From the NCBI GenBank assembly GCA_964016885.1, contig OZ024743.1, positions 310,062,001 through 310,126,000 of the forward strand: a stretch of 64,000 bases of DNA, in the 5' to 3' direction. The number at the start of each line of letters is the position of its first letter. Positions within the stretch are counted from its first letter, which is position 1. Shown here in pieces: positions 13,281 through 27,340 of the stretch. The notes below the pieces were generated by a model. The model searched no databases, was not told the origin of the DNA, and saw nothing but the letters and a program-made list of their open reading frames with translations. The DNA is from Eledone cirrhosa. Its lineage: Eukaryota. A program made the translations under genes and the position numbers.

Positions 13281-13819
13281 TATAAATTTTAACCAACAGA
13301 AAGAGAGAGAGGGTGTTTCTAACATAGAAAGAAGACTCTTTCATTGGAATTTACACAGCATCAACTAGGTAAATATGCGTGTATTTATGTGTTTGTGAAA
13401 CGTGTGTAATTATGGATGTTATTGCATGTGTGGTTCTGTATGTTTTGAGTTATATGCGGACACGTGCGTATGTTTCTGCTCTATACATGTGTATATGCAG
13501 TCAATGCATGCTGATTTTCAGAAATGTTTTACACATTTTTACAGTTCCCTTAATGGACTGCACTTGCAAATTCCTAACTAGCAGTATGTATGTATGTATG
13601 TTATCTCTTTCTGAATAATTTCGAGTATATTTTTTTGACCGGCCACCTTCCTGGTGGCAAGGTTGTAAAAGAAAAGAAATTGTCATCACTTAATGATGGG
13701 TATGAAGCTAGAGGTGTATCTTGGATACTGGATTTGTAAACTCCTATGTATGTATGTATGTATGTATGTATGTATGTATGAATATATGTATGTAATTATT
13801 TATGCATGCGTGTCTGTAC

Positions 13820-14120
13820 ATGAATATATGCGAGTGTTCCAGTCGATATAATCAACAGAACAGCCTGCTCGTGAAATTAACGTGCAAGTGACTGAGCATT
13901 CTACAGTTACACGTACCATTAACATAGTCCTCAGAAAGATTCGCCGTAACACAGAATGCGGCAAGGCTGGCCCTTCATAACTACAGACACTACTCATTTT
14001 TGTCGGCTGTGTGGACTTGAGCAACGTGAAATACAGTGTCTGGCTCAAGGACACAGTGCTCCACTGCGAATGGAAATCACGACCTTACGATCCTGAGCCA
14101 AATAACCTAACTACAAGACT
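13820..14120 (-). mobile_element. SINE copy (family B)
   Basis: Similar to 3370-3565 and 23905-24110. Confidence 0.6.
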
Positions 14121-14453
14121 AACTTCGTTCGTATCTATTTCATATAGAAATGACTACTAAGGGACTAGAACTGTTTCATTCGTATGAAATCATCATAATA
14201 AATAAAGCAATGAACCATTTAAATAGGAAATTGAAACTAATTTTTTTACATAGTAATGTTTACAGTTTTTAATTGATTATAGATTGGTTCGATTAGTATT
14301 ACTAGATAGTGTAGAGTATTTAAAAGTTTCTATGACATTATTCATAACAGAGTTTGTCTGCCATTCCATGTCCATTCCATCAGAATTCTGAGTAAATATT
14401 TTATCAAATGCATGCAAAGGCAATGATTAGAAAATAATTCATATAAATCTTCC

Positions 14454-14534
<81 letters not shown>

Positions 14535-14666
14535 GTAATAATAATAAATGTGAAGACTAAAGTCCAAAGAGGGCTCGATAAGGATAAATATATATCAAAT
14601 ATATAAGAACCCTAGAGCAAATATTTAAGGGTGAAAACAGCGATTCTTTTCTTAAGCTTTGATCTG

Positions 14667-14759
<93 letters not shown>

Positions 14760-14908
14760 GTATATGTATGTATGTGTGTATGTATATATGGATGTTCTTC
14801 TGGTTTTATAATTTCACAGCCGTTTTCTGACACAGATACAAGACTCTCTCATTGGAATTTAAATAAAATAAGTAAGTCAAACATGTTAAATTTGGGTTCG
14901 TTTATTAT

Positions 14909-14961
14909 CTGCTATATATATTTCGGTGGCAGCCATTATTGGCTGTGACCTCTTCAGGCAG
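14909..14961 (-). ncRNA. Type I hammerhead ribozyme
   Basis: CTGC-CTGAAGA-GGTCACAGCCA-loop-TGGCTGCCACC-GAAA-(TA)n-GCAG; paralogue at 18244. Confidence 0.75.
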
Positions 14962-15154
14962 TACGAATTAATGTAGTAGAAAGAACAGGTAAGCATGTTG
15001 TTGTCAATTCATCGATATGTCCAGCTCCTGGGTGGGTCTGTTGTTAGTCCTACGAGGAACTGGAATCATATGGGCTAGAACAAACGAATTTCAGCCACCG
15101 AAGACACGCTCGTACCCCATTGGTGAGTTGTCATACCACTCCCAAGCCGAAAGT

Positions 15155-15911
<757 letters not shown>

Positions 15912-15941
15912 TATATATATATTTATTATTACTATTATTAT

Positions 15942-16010
<69 letters not shown>

Positions 16011-16225
16011 TATATATGCATATATGTATGTGTATAATATGTATATATATATATATATATATGTGTAAGGATATATACATATAGCTATGTGTTTATGTAT
16101 GTGTATATATATGTATATATGTATATATATATATATAATGAAAAATTGAACAGGGACAGAACAGAGAGGCAGTACAATAAATGTTTATTAAATTCACGCT
16201 CAGGAGAGTGGGTGGTAGGTGGGGT

Positions 16226-16257
16226 ACGACGTTTCGGGCATAAGCCCTTCTTCAGGT
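16226..16257 (-). ncRNA. Minimal type I hammerhead ribozyme
   Basis: AC-CTGAAGA-A-GGGC-TTAT-GCCC-GAAA-CG-TC-GT; classic PLE GAAACGTC form. Confidence 0.85.
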
Positions 16258-17602
16258 GAGAAGTGTGTCGGAACAGAGTTCAAAAGGTGTGTAGGGGAGT
16301 GGTGGAGAGACATAGAGCGAAAGGAAACGGTGCGAATGAAAAATTAACAAATAAAGACAAAAAATATAATAAATAAAAATAAAGCATGATCAAAATACAA
16401 GGAATGAGAAAATTTAAAAATAAAGGCATGATCAAAATAAACTGAAATTAAGAGGGGGGGTAAACAGGTGGTGGAAGGGTGTGGGGTGAGTAGGGGTGGT
16501 GGCGGGTGGAGTGGGGAGAGGGAGACGGGGTGTCCGAGTGGGGAGGGCTGAAGGTGGTGTGTGTGGTTAGGTGTGCGTGTGTGTGTGTGTGTGTGTGAAA
16601 GTGAGGGTTGGGGGAAGAACGGGGTTGCATGTTCAGGAAGGTGTGTGTGGGGGGTGTTTTTGTGGGTCCGAGTGTCTGTGCGTGTGTGGATAGGGGGTGG
16701 GGGAGAGGAATCAGGAGGCTGAGGGTGTAAATATGTGGTGGGAAGCACGTGTGTGTGGTTTAAGCGTGTTGGGGGTGTGGGTGGCGTGTGGATAAACAAT
16801 TTTTTTTTTTGGGGGGGGGGGTGAGTTATATAGGTGATGGTGTAAGAGGATGGTTGAAAAGTTGGTAAGTTCCACGGATGTTTGGAGATTTGGTTAGAAG
16901 TCAATTTCGCGTGTGGGTAATCCAAGAAGCGGTGGTCGGTAGAGGAGAGATGTGGGGTGCGCGCGCAACAGGAAGTGGTCAGCAGTGGGAGTGCTGTGGT
17001 CAGTTGGTGCTGAGAGGTGGTCGAAAGGGCATAGCAGTAGTCGGCGGAATGGTAGGGTGGCGAGGATGGGTAGGTGTGAGAGTTGGAGTGAGGAGAGTGT
17101 GTGTGTGTGTATTAGTAGGGGTGTTAGTGGGATGAGTGAGTGTGGAGCGGGGAGAGAAGGGTGTGTGTGGTTCTATGGAGGGAGTGTGGTGTACTGGTGA
17201 GTGTGTAGTTTGGTGAAGAGGTGTTAGTGGGTGTTAGTATACGGGAGGTGGGGAGGGGTGGAATGCAGGTGTGAGTGGGGGTTAGTGGTGGTAGGGTGTG
17301 TAGAGTTGGTGGTGTACGAGGGTGTGTGGGTACGTGTGCGTGGGGTTGGGGGGGGGGTGTTAGTGATGTTAGTTGTGTGTGGGGTGGGTGGTGTACGTGG
17401 GTGCGTGTGTGCGTGTGATAAGGAGGGGGAGGAGGAGAAGAGGGGAGGGAAGGGATGTTAGTATGTTAGTTGGGGAAGGGTGGTCAGATGAGGGGTAGAG
17501 TGGAGGTGTTAGTATTGTTAGTGTGGGGTGGGCGGTGAAAATGAGGGGTGTGTTAGTGGTGTTAGTGGGGGATAAGTGTGGGGGGAGGGGGGCGGTCGAA
17601 CG

Positions 17603-17983
17603 CTAAAGGAATAAGGGTGGGGAGTTCAGGCCGGGGGGAGTGTGGGTCTGTAAGATGAAGATAGTGCGTTGTTCGACCGTAAGGCGATGGGCGGGTGTTC
17701 CGTGGCACTGGAGTAGGCCACAGACTGTGAGATGGCGTGCGGAGTGTCCAGGGCCACCAAAGTGGCGGGCGATGGGGGAACTGCCCTCGAGACGAATATC
17801 CCGTCTGTCCGACATAAGTCGCGCTGCACTCCGTGCAACGAAGTCCGTAGACTAGGTTGGAGGAGGTGCAGCGGAAGGCATGCCGGACCGAGAGAGAGTG
17901 GCCGTTGGGACCCTGGAAGGTGGTGGTGTTGGTGATGTGGGGACAGGTGTTGCAGCGGGGCCTAGAACAGGGGAAGGAACCGT
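17603..17983 (-). pseudogene. PLE GIY-YIG endonuclease with internal deletion/frameshift
   Basis: [12 protein letters not shown]...[24 protein letters not shown], then PIARHF...R...EQ..IF.LQT..PPGLN. Confidence 0.9.
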
Positions 17984-18040
17984 ATATATACATATATGTA
18001 TGTGTATATATATATATACATATATGTATGTGTATATATA

Positions 18041-18082
<42 letters not shown>

Positions 18083-18118
18083 AGTCTATATATATATATG
18101 TATGTGTATATATATGTA

Positions 18119-18194
<76 letters not shown>

Positions 18195-18243
18195 AAATAA
18201 AGTTAAATAAAAGTTAAATGATTAAAATTTAGCTTCGTTTATT

Positions 18244-18298
18244 ACTGCTATATATATTTCAGTGACAGCCATCTTTGGCTGTGACCTCTTCAGGCAGT
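18244..18298 (-). ncRNA. Type I hammerhead ribozyme
   Basis: ACTGC-CTGAAGA-GGTCACAGCCA-AAGA-TGGCTGTCACT-GAAA-TATATA-TA-GCAGT. Confidence 0.85.
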
Positions 18299-18464
18299 TT
18301 GAATTAGTGTGGTATAGACAAGTACATATGTTGTTGAGGTGTATAATATTGTCAATACTCTGATATGCCCAGTTCCTTGTTGGGTTGTTATTTCACTGAG
18401 GAGCGCACTTCGTCGAGTGCTCCAGCCTGCATACTGAGGTGTTGGTACACAACCAACATAAACT

Positions 18465-18509
<45 letters not shown>

Positions 18510-19484
18510 AGTATATATACATATATGTATGTGTGTATATATGTATATATATATATATATGTATGTTCTCTCTCTTAACGGACATGCGTTATTTAGTCGT
18601 CTATGAAACATAGGTGAATGAGGTGAATATTGCTGTGGGTATTCTTTGAAAAGCACCAATCCAGTAATTCTTTTCACTGAATTTTGCGAAACAGTTCTAC
18701 CCGTAAACTGTCCGGATAGTTATTATCATTTATCCTTTTGATTGGGTTCTGTGAACCTTACTATTTTAGTCAGTATTTTCTTCACCCTGGTGGTTTCTGT
18801 CCCTTGTGATTTGAACACATATAGTTATATAGCTGTTTTCGTTTCTCCATACTGTATTATATACATATATAGGAATTTTATATAACGATTTCTTTTTATA
18901 AATTACAATATTTCTATGACACTAAACGAAAGATATCAAATGTAAAACATTACAATGATTAAGTAGAAGCAGTAACTCTAACGTAATCAGCTTCTACGTC
19001 TTCTTCTTCTTCTTCTTCCGGGGGGGGGGGGGCATCAGGCTAGAACCCTCAAACACGCATTACAGCGGGCCCGTCTTCAATGAGCTTATCAAATAAAAAA
19101 GCACATTTTAAAAAAATGTTCAAAAAGATTCAGTATTATTAATACATTCATAGAATGAACATATTTGTTGATTAGTAATATTTGGTTTGTCTGTTTGCCA
19201 TTTTATTTCGGAGTACATTAATCACTGTAAATATCGATTCACTAAGATTATATAACTCACATCAAGTATTTATCGGTTTATCACTATTTACTATGTACAT
19301 ATCCAAGCAATATAAGATTTGAAAATTTGATTCTTATGAAGTTGTGAAATGTATGTTAACGTACATCAATTTATAATGTTATGAGATTAAATTCAATGTA
19401 AATGTTTGTGCCTCATGTATTAGCTCTGTCAGTAAAACATACATTGTTGACATTATTATTTACTCAGTTTATTTAACCATTTAA

Positions 19485-19870
19485 GGGCGGTGGATTGTTA
19501 TTATCAGTAGAGCGTTTGATAACAGGCTTTTGTGGTATATGGTTACATCCTTTTACGTTCTGAGTTTAAAACCTACCGAGGTTAGTTTTGCCTTCCATCC
19601 TTATGGGGTCGATAAAAGAAAGTACCAGTAACACACTGAGGTCTATTTAATCGACATTCCCCTCCTCCCAAATTGTTGGCCTTGTGCCTCAATCAGAAAC
19701 CATTATTTATCCATTTAGATGCCGAATTTCCAGATTCATTAAAACGTGGGATGGAATTTTTTGCGGTATTCTTTTCGGCTCTCTTCTCCCCTGATTTCAA
19801 ATCCTACAGTTGTCAACTTTGTCTTTCATCCATTCAAGGTTAATAAAAAAGTACTTCGCTGGTACTGAGG
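19485..19870 (+). mobile_element. Two adjacent family A SINE copies
   Basis: GCCTTCCATCCTTATGGGGTCGATAAAAGAAAGTACCAGT followed by a second degenerate copy. Confidence 0.6.
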
Positions 19871-21527
19871 ACGATTTTTCCTTTATTTCTCTTTCTCAGT
19901 TCTTCTCTCTCACTTTGTATTCTTCTTTGGAAGATATCTACTGTGTTCAGACCTGGAGAGGGATGGGCTCTGCTAGGCTTAAAATGCTAGAAACGCCGTA
20001 TGTCTATACAGTGCCCCTACGACTCCCTCGGGGGTTACACTCTTTAGGGTATATGCATGCATTTATGCATTTATAATATTCAATATTATGATCTCTCACT
20101 GTATTTTTTCATAAAATATTTACGTTTCTAGACGATTATTCGATAGATATATCAATGATTTTAAATTTGAATATGGTTATAGAAAAATGAAAATAATGAA
20201 ATATGTTTGTAAGGTAAATTGAAACACATGTTTCCGAATTTCATCCTGTTGTGATGCTATAATTCTTAGGAAAATAATATCTGGTGATGGATATGCAGAA
20301 TTGATAGAGCATTAGATAAAATGCCGGCTTGGTAATGTTCTGGTTCTTTACATTCTCATTTCACATATAACGGTGAATAAAATGTAGTAGCAGTCGTGTA
20401 CTGGGGTTGACTTAATCAACTTTGATTTCCCTCCAAATTGCTGGCGTTGTGCCTATATTAGAAAATAATATTATAAGCCAATTCATTGCATTCAGAGTTC
20501 AAATGTTTCCGAGGTCAACTTTAGTTTTCGTCCTTCCTAGTTCATTAGAAGAATATATCTGTCAGGTCCTAGATGGGTAGTAAGGAGTGGGGGTTCAATG
20601 GGCTATTGTCAGAAACTCACAATATTTAAAACACCCACAATAATGTTTTTTTCTTATAAATAACATATACCAATGAACAATGAGGGAAAAAAATCAAATA
20701 TATGAGTAGCAGAAAATGGTCAACGCAGAAGCCCTGATATAATATCTAGCGTCGATTTAATCGATTCCCCTCATTTAAACTGCTTCCCTATTATCTACAA
20801 TAGAAAGATTGCCTTTATTCTTTTGTAGATATTAACCGTTTCAGATAACAGTCATTTGAAGTGATGATTTTCTGCTAAACTTCATTAGGGTTTACTTATT
20901 AATTTACCGCAGAATACCTCGTTAAATACCATGATTTATTTTCCTTTTCACACCAATTCCCGTTAAAGTGTTGTCAATTATTTTTCAGTTATCCCTATTT
21001 CTATGCATTACTCTCTTAATGGGGCCTACGTTTCAGATTGTTGATTACTTTTGAATAGATATACATCACAATGTAATAAACTATCACAAGATTCAACATC
21101 ACTTACATAAATATGTCTCGATACGATATTTTTCCTCTTCAATAATTCTTCCTAAATATTTACATTTTAAGTAGTCGAAAGAATAACATGCGTTATCATT
21201 AAAGCCTTCTTATGATTTTCCAGTAGAGATGATGATTTCTATGCATATTCTGCCTTACTTTGTACTCCTTTTTAAATGTTCTAACAAAAGAACCTAAGTA
21301 TCTACTTTGTTTCAGGGTATAATGTAACCCTTTAATGACAACGCATTTCTTTCTTCTTCATACAGTTAATGTTAACATGATTCATTTAAATTTTGATAGA
21401 CTGAAATTAATCAACAATACACATATATATATATATATTAAACACACATATATATTAAAGCTCAAAATAATTTAATTACTTAAAATTGCACTGTGAGTAA
21501 TTAATATTTTTTCAGTTAAACATATGC

Positions 21528-21573
<46 letters not shown>

Positions 21574-21652
21574 TATATTATATTTTGAGAATAAACTCTC
21601 AGTCGTTTACAATAATCAAGCTCCAAGAAAAGGGGCATTTCCGAGCAGTTAA

Positions 21653-22482
21653 ATACATTAAAATATATGATAAACACAAAACGTGTTTGCATTGCAACAG
21701 ACAAAGTTAGCTATTAATGAAATAAACTAATTAAAGTGAATACAATTTGTCTGTCTCGATATAAGTCAATAAAGACAAGCTTATATTGGCAACGGCCATG
21801 ATTCCTGGACAGATTTAAATTTCAAAATCCAAACCTGTTCCGTAGACGAATTTGAACCTCGAAACCTAAATCCGTTTCGCAACGGTGGTATGTGAATTGA
21901 AAAATAAAGAGAATCGAAATGGAATTGAAATAAAAAGTGAAATATCCAAATCCTCTGTGCTTATCAACAGGAATCCAGTAAAATTAGTACATCTCACATC
22001 AAAAATTTTGCAGGTCTGACTACACGTGTGTAGCCAGGCCAAACTAGCCGTCCCGCATTCCCGGTGCTAGAAATAACAGCCGTTTATGCGGGATTACGGG
22101 ACGGCTAGTTTGGCCTGGCTACACACGTGTAGTCAGAGCTGCAAAATTTTTGATGTGAGATGTACTAATTTTACTGGATTCCTGTTGATAAGCACAGAAG
22201 ATTTGGATATTTCACTTTTTATTTCAATTCCATTCTCTTTATTTTTCAATTCACATACCACCGTTGCGAAACGGATTTAGGTTTCGAGGTTCAAATTCGT
22301 CTATGGATTTTGAAATTTAAATCTGTCCAGGAATCATGGCCGTTGCCAATAAAAGCTTGTCTTTATTGACTTATATCGAGACAGACAAACTGTATTCACT
22401 TTAATTAGTTTATTTCATTAATAGCTAACTTTGTCTGTTGCAATGCAAACACGTTTTGTGTTTATCATATATTTTAATGTAT
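21653..22482. repeat. ~830-bp near-perfect palindrome
   Basis: 21653-22063 is the reverse complement of 22089-22482, with a ~25-bp spacer. Confidence 0.9.
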
Positions 22483-22759
22483 ATATATATATATATATTA
22501 ATAATAATGATGATGATGATAATAATAATAAATGTGAATACTAAAATCTGAAGAGCGCTCGATAAGGATTATATATATATATAATCTATAGATAAACCCG
22601 TAGAGCAAATATTTATTATAAGAACAGATTAAAGAGTATAACCAAAGAATCGCTGCTTTCACCCTTAGGATCCCGTTAAGGCTAAAAGCAGCGATTCTTT
22701 GCTTAAACTTTACCCTCCCGAATGAAACAGTCCTAGTCTTGTAGACGTCATTTCTATAT

Positions 22760-22831
<72 letters not shown>

Positions 22832-23032
22832 TATGTACACGTACATACATATATGTATACAGACGTACAGTAGTATGTATATATATATACATACATGCAC
22901 ACATATATATATGTACGTATGGATTCACCGAACATTTATTATTATGCTCGGTGTGTTTGTAAACAAACATCCCGTATTAAGCCGTAGTGTCTAGCAACCA
23001 TCGTTGCTCGTTTGTTCAACACGGACAAAGGA

Positions 23033-23075
23033 ACGCTGTACTAGTTTCAAGCTTATTAGCTATCGTCAGCAACGT
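23033..23075 (-). ncRNA. Type I hammerhead ribozyme
   Basis: ACGTTG-CTGACGA-T-AGCT-AATA-AGCT-T-GAAA-CTAG-TA-CAGCGT. Confidence 0.88.
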
Positions 23076-23450
23076 ATACCTTCCTGCCAGATTGTTGAAC
23101 GTATATACTTACCTTATGCATATTAACGGCTGAGTAGCCCAATTTGCATATCGAGTGGTTAATCGGCCGGGTGCACCGAAAACGATAAACGGAAAAATGA
23201 AACGAAATTTCATTTCCCACTCTTAGTACGGCTGTTACTTAAATATAAGTATGTATACGTACATACATATATGTATACAGACGTACAGTAGTATGTATAT
23301 ATGTATACATACATGCACACATATATATATGTACGTATGGATTCGCCGAACATTTATTATAATGCTCGGTGTGTTTGTAAACAAACATCCCGTATTAAGC
23401 CGTAGTGTCTAGCAACCATCGTTGCTCGTTTGTTCAACACAGTCAAAGGA

Positions 23451-23493
23451 ACGCTGTACTAGTTTCAAGCTTATTAGCTATCGTCAGCAACGT
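23451..23493 (-). ncRNA. Type I hammerhead ribozyme
   Basis: Identical motif to 23033-23075, 418 bp away. Confidence 0.88.
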
Positions 23494-23549
23494 ATACTTT
23501 CCTGCCAGATTGTTGAACGTATATACTTACCAATCTGGCAGGAAGGTAT

Positions 23550-23592
23550 ACGTTGCTGACGATAGCTAATAAGCTTGAAACAAGTACAGCGT
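23550..23592 (+). ncRNA. Type I hammerhead ribozyme, inverted copy
   Basis: Same motif with stem III CAAG instead of CTAG. Confidence 0.8.
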
Positions 23593-23904
23593 TCCTTTGT
23601 CAGTGTTGAACAAACGAGCAACGATGGTTGCTAGACACTACGGCTTAATACGGGATGTTTGTTTACAAACACACCGAGCATTATAATAAATGTTCGGTGA
23701 ATCCATACGTACATATATATATATATATATGTGTGCATGTATGTATATATATATACATACTACTGTACGTCTGTATACATATATGTATGTACGTGTACAT
23801 ACTTATATTTAAGTAACAGCCGTACTAAGAGTGGGAAATGAAATTTCGTTTCATTTTTCCGTTTATATATATATATACATAAAAGTCTAAAGTCTGTCTT
23901 AAGC

Positions 23905-24110
23905 CAGAGAGTAGAAGACTTCCCCCTGGACAGGACATCAGTCCATCGCAGAGTTAAAACTCCAGCTACTGCTGGTACTCATTTTCAGCTGAGTATACTG
24001 GAGCATCGTGAAATTTAGTGTTTTGCTCAACCACACAACACGCAACCCAGGAAGCCAGGACATTATGATCGTAAGTCCAACATCGTTACAACTAAGCTAC
24101 ATGCCTCCAC
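23905..24110 (-). mobile_element. SINE copy (family B)
   Basis: GTCCATCGCAG...GCTGGTACTCATTTTCAGCTGAGT. Confidence 0.65.
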
Positions 24111-24139
24111 ACAGACACCCACACACACATCCACACACA

Positions 24140-24234
<95 letters not shown>

Positions 24235-24299
24235 CTGTGTGCGTGTGTGTGCGCATATGATGACTATCACTTCTTTACAGAAGAGGGCCTTCTATTCAA

Positions 24300-25165
24300 C
24301 GAATTCCCTGCTATCATGAACCACTGCCAACCGCAAACTACGGGTCAGTCTGATAATTGAACAGGGTTTGGTTAGGTCATCTTTTCTAGACCCTTCTCAT
24401 GACGCAATGCATCACAAAAAGCAGCTCAGGCCGAATCATGGTGCTGTTCAGGGTAACAATACAGCAACGTTAGTGTAAGACTTCAGCCGCCAGCAAGTAG
24501 ATTTGTGACTATGTGTTTCTAACCGGTATCCTTCACACTTCTTGAGCAGAAAGGACGAGGGGTTTAATGACAGAATAAATAGTATGACAGCGAGACTGTC
24601 TCCCTGAAATATACCCCTGTGATGTTCTATTTTATCAGTGAAAATAGAGTCCTCCTTCTCTGTCTTTAACTTTAGGATAGTAGCCCAAGAAGAAGACAGC
24701 TTCTCTGTGGCTCTGATAATAATGTCTGAGACTTTAACAAGTCAGAGGGCCTCTATTATCCAAGAGTGGGGAACAGAATCAAAAGCTTTCCTGTAGTCCA
24801 GCTCGACTGTAGTCATATTCCTCCTGAGTGGCGCACCTCCGACATCGCAGTTTTGTTGATTAGGAGTCGTTCAGTACACCCACGTGTACCTTTATTTCCA
24901 GCTGCTTGTTCATCTGTAATGATGTTATTATTTTCTTGGGGAAATAGGTTCATGCAGGCTGTGTACATCTTATACATCAGGTTCTGGCATGTAATGTGTC
25001 GGTAGGTTTTTGCCAAGTGGGCGTCTTTGTTCTTGGGGACCAGTATTGTTTGTGCTAATGCCAACCATTCTGGTATAAGTGTATCTCCCTTGAGAACTTG
25101 TTGGTAGAGGTCAGTAAGATACCTCCGATAGAATATCAGTTTTTTGTACCAGTAGCCGACAATCC
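24300..25165 (-). pseudogene. R4/Dong-like (RLE) non-LTR retrotransposon RT fragment
   Basis: [15 protein letters not shown]......YRHITCQNLMYKMYT...EQAAGNKGTRGCTERLLIN...WLDYRKAFDSVPHSW...GIFQGDSL. Confidence 0.85.
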
Positions 25166-25167
25166 TC

Positions 25168-25210
<43 letters not shown>

Positions 25211-25216
25211 GTGTGC

Positions 25217-25257
<41 letters not shown>

Positions 25258-25293
25258 TATACGTTCATATACATACTTATCTCTCTCTCTTTC

Positions 25294-25324
<31 letters not shown>

Positions 25325-25333
<9 letters not shown>

Positions 25334-25949
25334 CAATATATATATATTTAAAAAATGATTAATTTCTCATATTATATATGTATATTCCATTCATGATTAT
25401 TAACATTTCTAATTTTATTTATTCATTTCATCTCAATTGTTAAGTTAACTCAACAAGATATGACTTAGAGTTTTCGTTCTCTCCCCTTCTCTCTGTCTCC
25501 TCTCTCTATCTACATCTTTCTCTCTCTGTTGTTTTGGTATCTCTCTCTCTCGTTTCTCTCTTTTTTCTTTCTTTCTCTCTTTTTCTCTCTCTCCTTCTTT
25601 TTCTTTCTCTATAACCCAACGGCTTATTTTAAAAATAAAAATATCGAATACTAATAATAATATAAGTAAACAACTCCACTATCCGGGAGCTTCCAACAGT
25701 GATGGTTGCATTTTTTAAGGGTATGTCAATATTTATTTATAAAACTGATCTATATTATATTTCGTCTGATGAAAGCACACCATAATTTAACTTGGTGTCC
25801 TTGAAATATGTATAATGAAATAAATATGGTTTTATAAATATAGTTTCCATTTGTTAATATCGTATGTTTACTCCAAATACTTGTTGAGTGCTTTATATCA
25901 GTTATAAAAATATTTGCTTGTTGTATCCCAACAATTTAAATATAACTTT

Positions 25950-25950
<1 letters not shown>
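25325..25950 (+). mobile_element. Solo PLE pseudo-LTR
   Basis: Near-identical to the reverse complement of 46930-47470; HHR at 25758-25822; bounded by (TA)n. Confidence 0.8.
25758..25822 (+). ncRNA. Type I hammerhead ribozyme
   Basis: TATTTCGT-CTGATGA-AAGCACACCA-loop-TGGTGTCCTT-GAAA-TATGTA-TA-ATGAAATA. Confidence 0.8.
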
Positions 25951-26005
<55 letters not shown>

Positions 26006-26399
26006 GGTATGTGTGTATGAATTTATGTATTTTCTATTCAGAGAAATGTTTGGAGTGGTTGCGAATTCATTTGTTTATATACAGACTGTCTAGTGGTTCA
26101 GCTAGGAGATAGCAACTTTAAAGTAGTACTTAAATCCACTTGATAATCTGATTGTCGTATCGGTATTATCCACTGATCCACTTTGAGACGGGTTTGTTTC
26201 TTACATAGTTTCTTTTAGGAATATACATCTAAGACTGGAACAAATACATTTTACTCTTATCTTTGAAAGTCAACAGCCACCCTCAGATGCCACACGTACT
26301 ATATGTAAAAATAATGATTGCTTGTTTCAGTAAATTAATATTGATCTACACACACACACACACAACGAAAGCAGTCGCACATATGGTGTAGAAACTATT

Positions 26400-27340
26400 T
26401 ATTACATTTAAGATTAATACTATCTCCTCCAGCAATGTCACAACTACCAGACTGGTTAAAAATATTATTCTTCTGAAGACAGCTTTTATTTTAAGTCGTA
26501 GAAATATCTATGCAAATATTGAATTTGCTACAAACAACACAGCCAGTCACGGCAACATCAACAACACTGATCCGAAACAAAAACAGCAATTAGAAAGTCA
26601 AAAGAATATTTTTAGTTCTCATTACAGAAGGAACTGAAAATATAAATCACCTTAATCTTGGAAAAACGAACTCAATAACGACCAATTTACCAATTCAATT
26701 GCTATAAAATGGCAAAAAAAACTCTGTTGACTATATGAATAGAATGACTCTCCACCGGGACCAATGTCATTCAGACCTAAATTATTTTACAGCGAAACAA
26801 TTGTACTAACAAGCAACGTTCAAATGAAAGTGTGAAACCTCTACAAATAACAACACTAAGAGATCAGTCTCCTAGATCAGATATGCAATCAATATGTGCC
26901 ACAACATGCTGCCATACGTAATATGGAAGAATACTAGTGGAATGTTCTAGTCAAAACCCAAACAAAATACAAATATAACAGATCGTACATAGTTATATGG
27001 GAGAGAGAAAAGAAGGGAGGCACTGTAGTGGAAATCAGCTACCCAGCAGATTTCAATATGATGCTAAAGAACAAGGAAAAGAACGTTTATGTTGAACTAA
27101 TGACGAATCCGCAGATACTTCACTCTGACAGAAACTTCAGATTTGTATCTGCGATGACTGTGGCTCTGAAGTATGTTACTAACTGCCTAAGTACAAAACT
27201 TGAGAAGCTGCACTACACAGAACCAGAAAAGACACGCCTAGTTAAGAAATTGCAAGTATAGACCATTAATGGAATGTAAAAATATGTAAAACAGTTCAGA
27301 AATTCAGCATGTAACAACTGTATATAAACATGTATAAAAA
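26400..27340 (+). pseudogene. R4/Dong-like LINE remnant including the restriction-like endonuclease region
   Basis: KYKYNRSYIVIW.REK...TVVEISYPAD...K..EK..YVELM, a degenerate PD-(D/E)xK-type RLE. Confidence 0.65.

Larger units (their letters stand above)
16135..17985 (-). mobile_element. 5'-truncated Neptune-like PLE: GIY-YIG, long low-complexity 3' region, terminal HHR
   Basis: GIY-YIG at 17603-17983 and HHR at 16226-16257; bounded by (TA)n on both sides. Confidence 0.8.
22828..23865. repeat. Tandem (418-bp period) plus inverted HHR-bearing non-coding repeat; retrozyme candidate
   Basis: HHRs at 23033-23075(-), 23451-23493(-) and 23550-23592(+); no ORF. Confidence 0.85.

Noticed and set aside
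18580-18800. Possible Naiad-type PLE coding remnant on the - strand
   Set aside because: Only faint similarity by eye; not called
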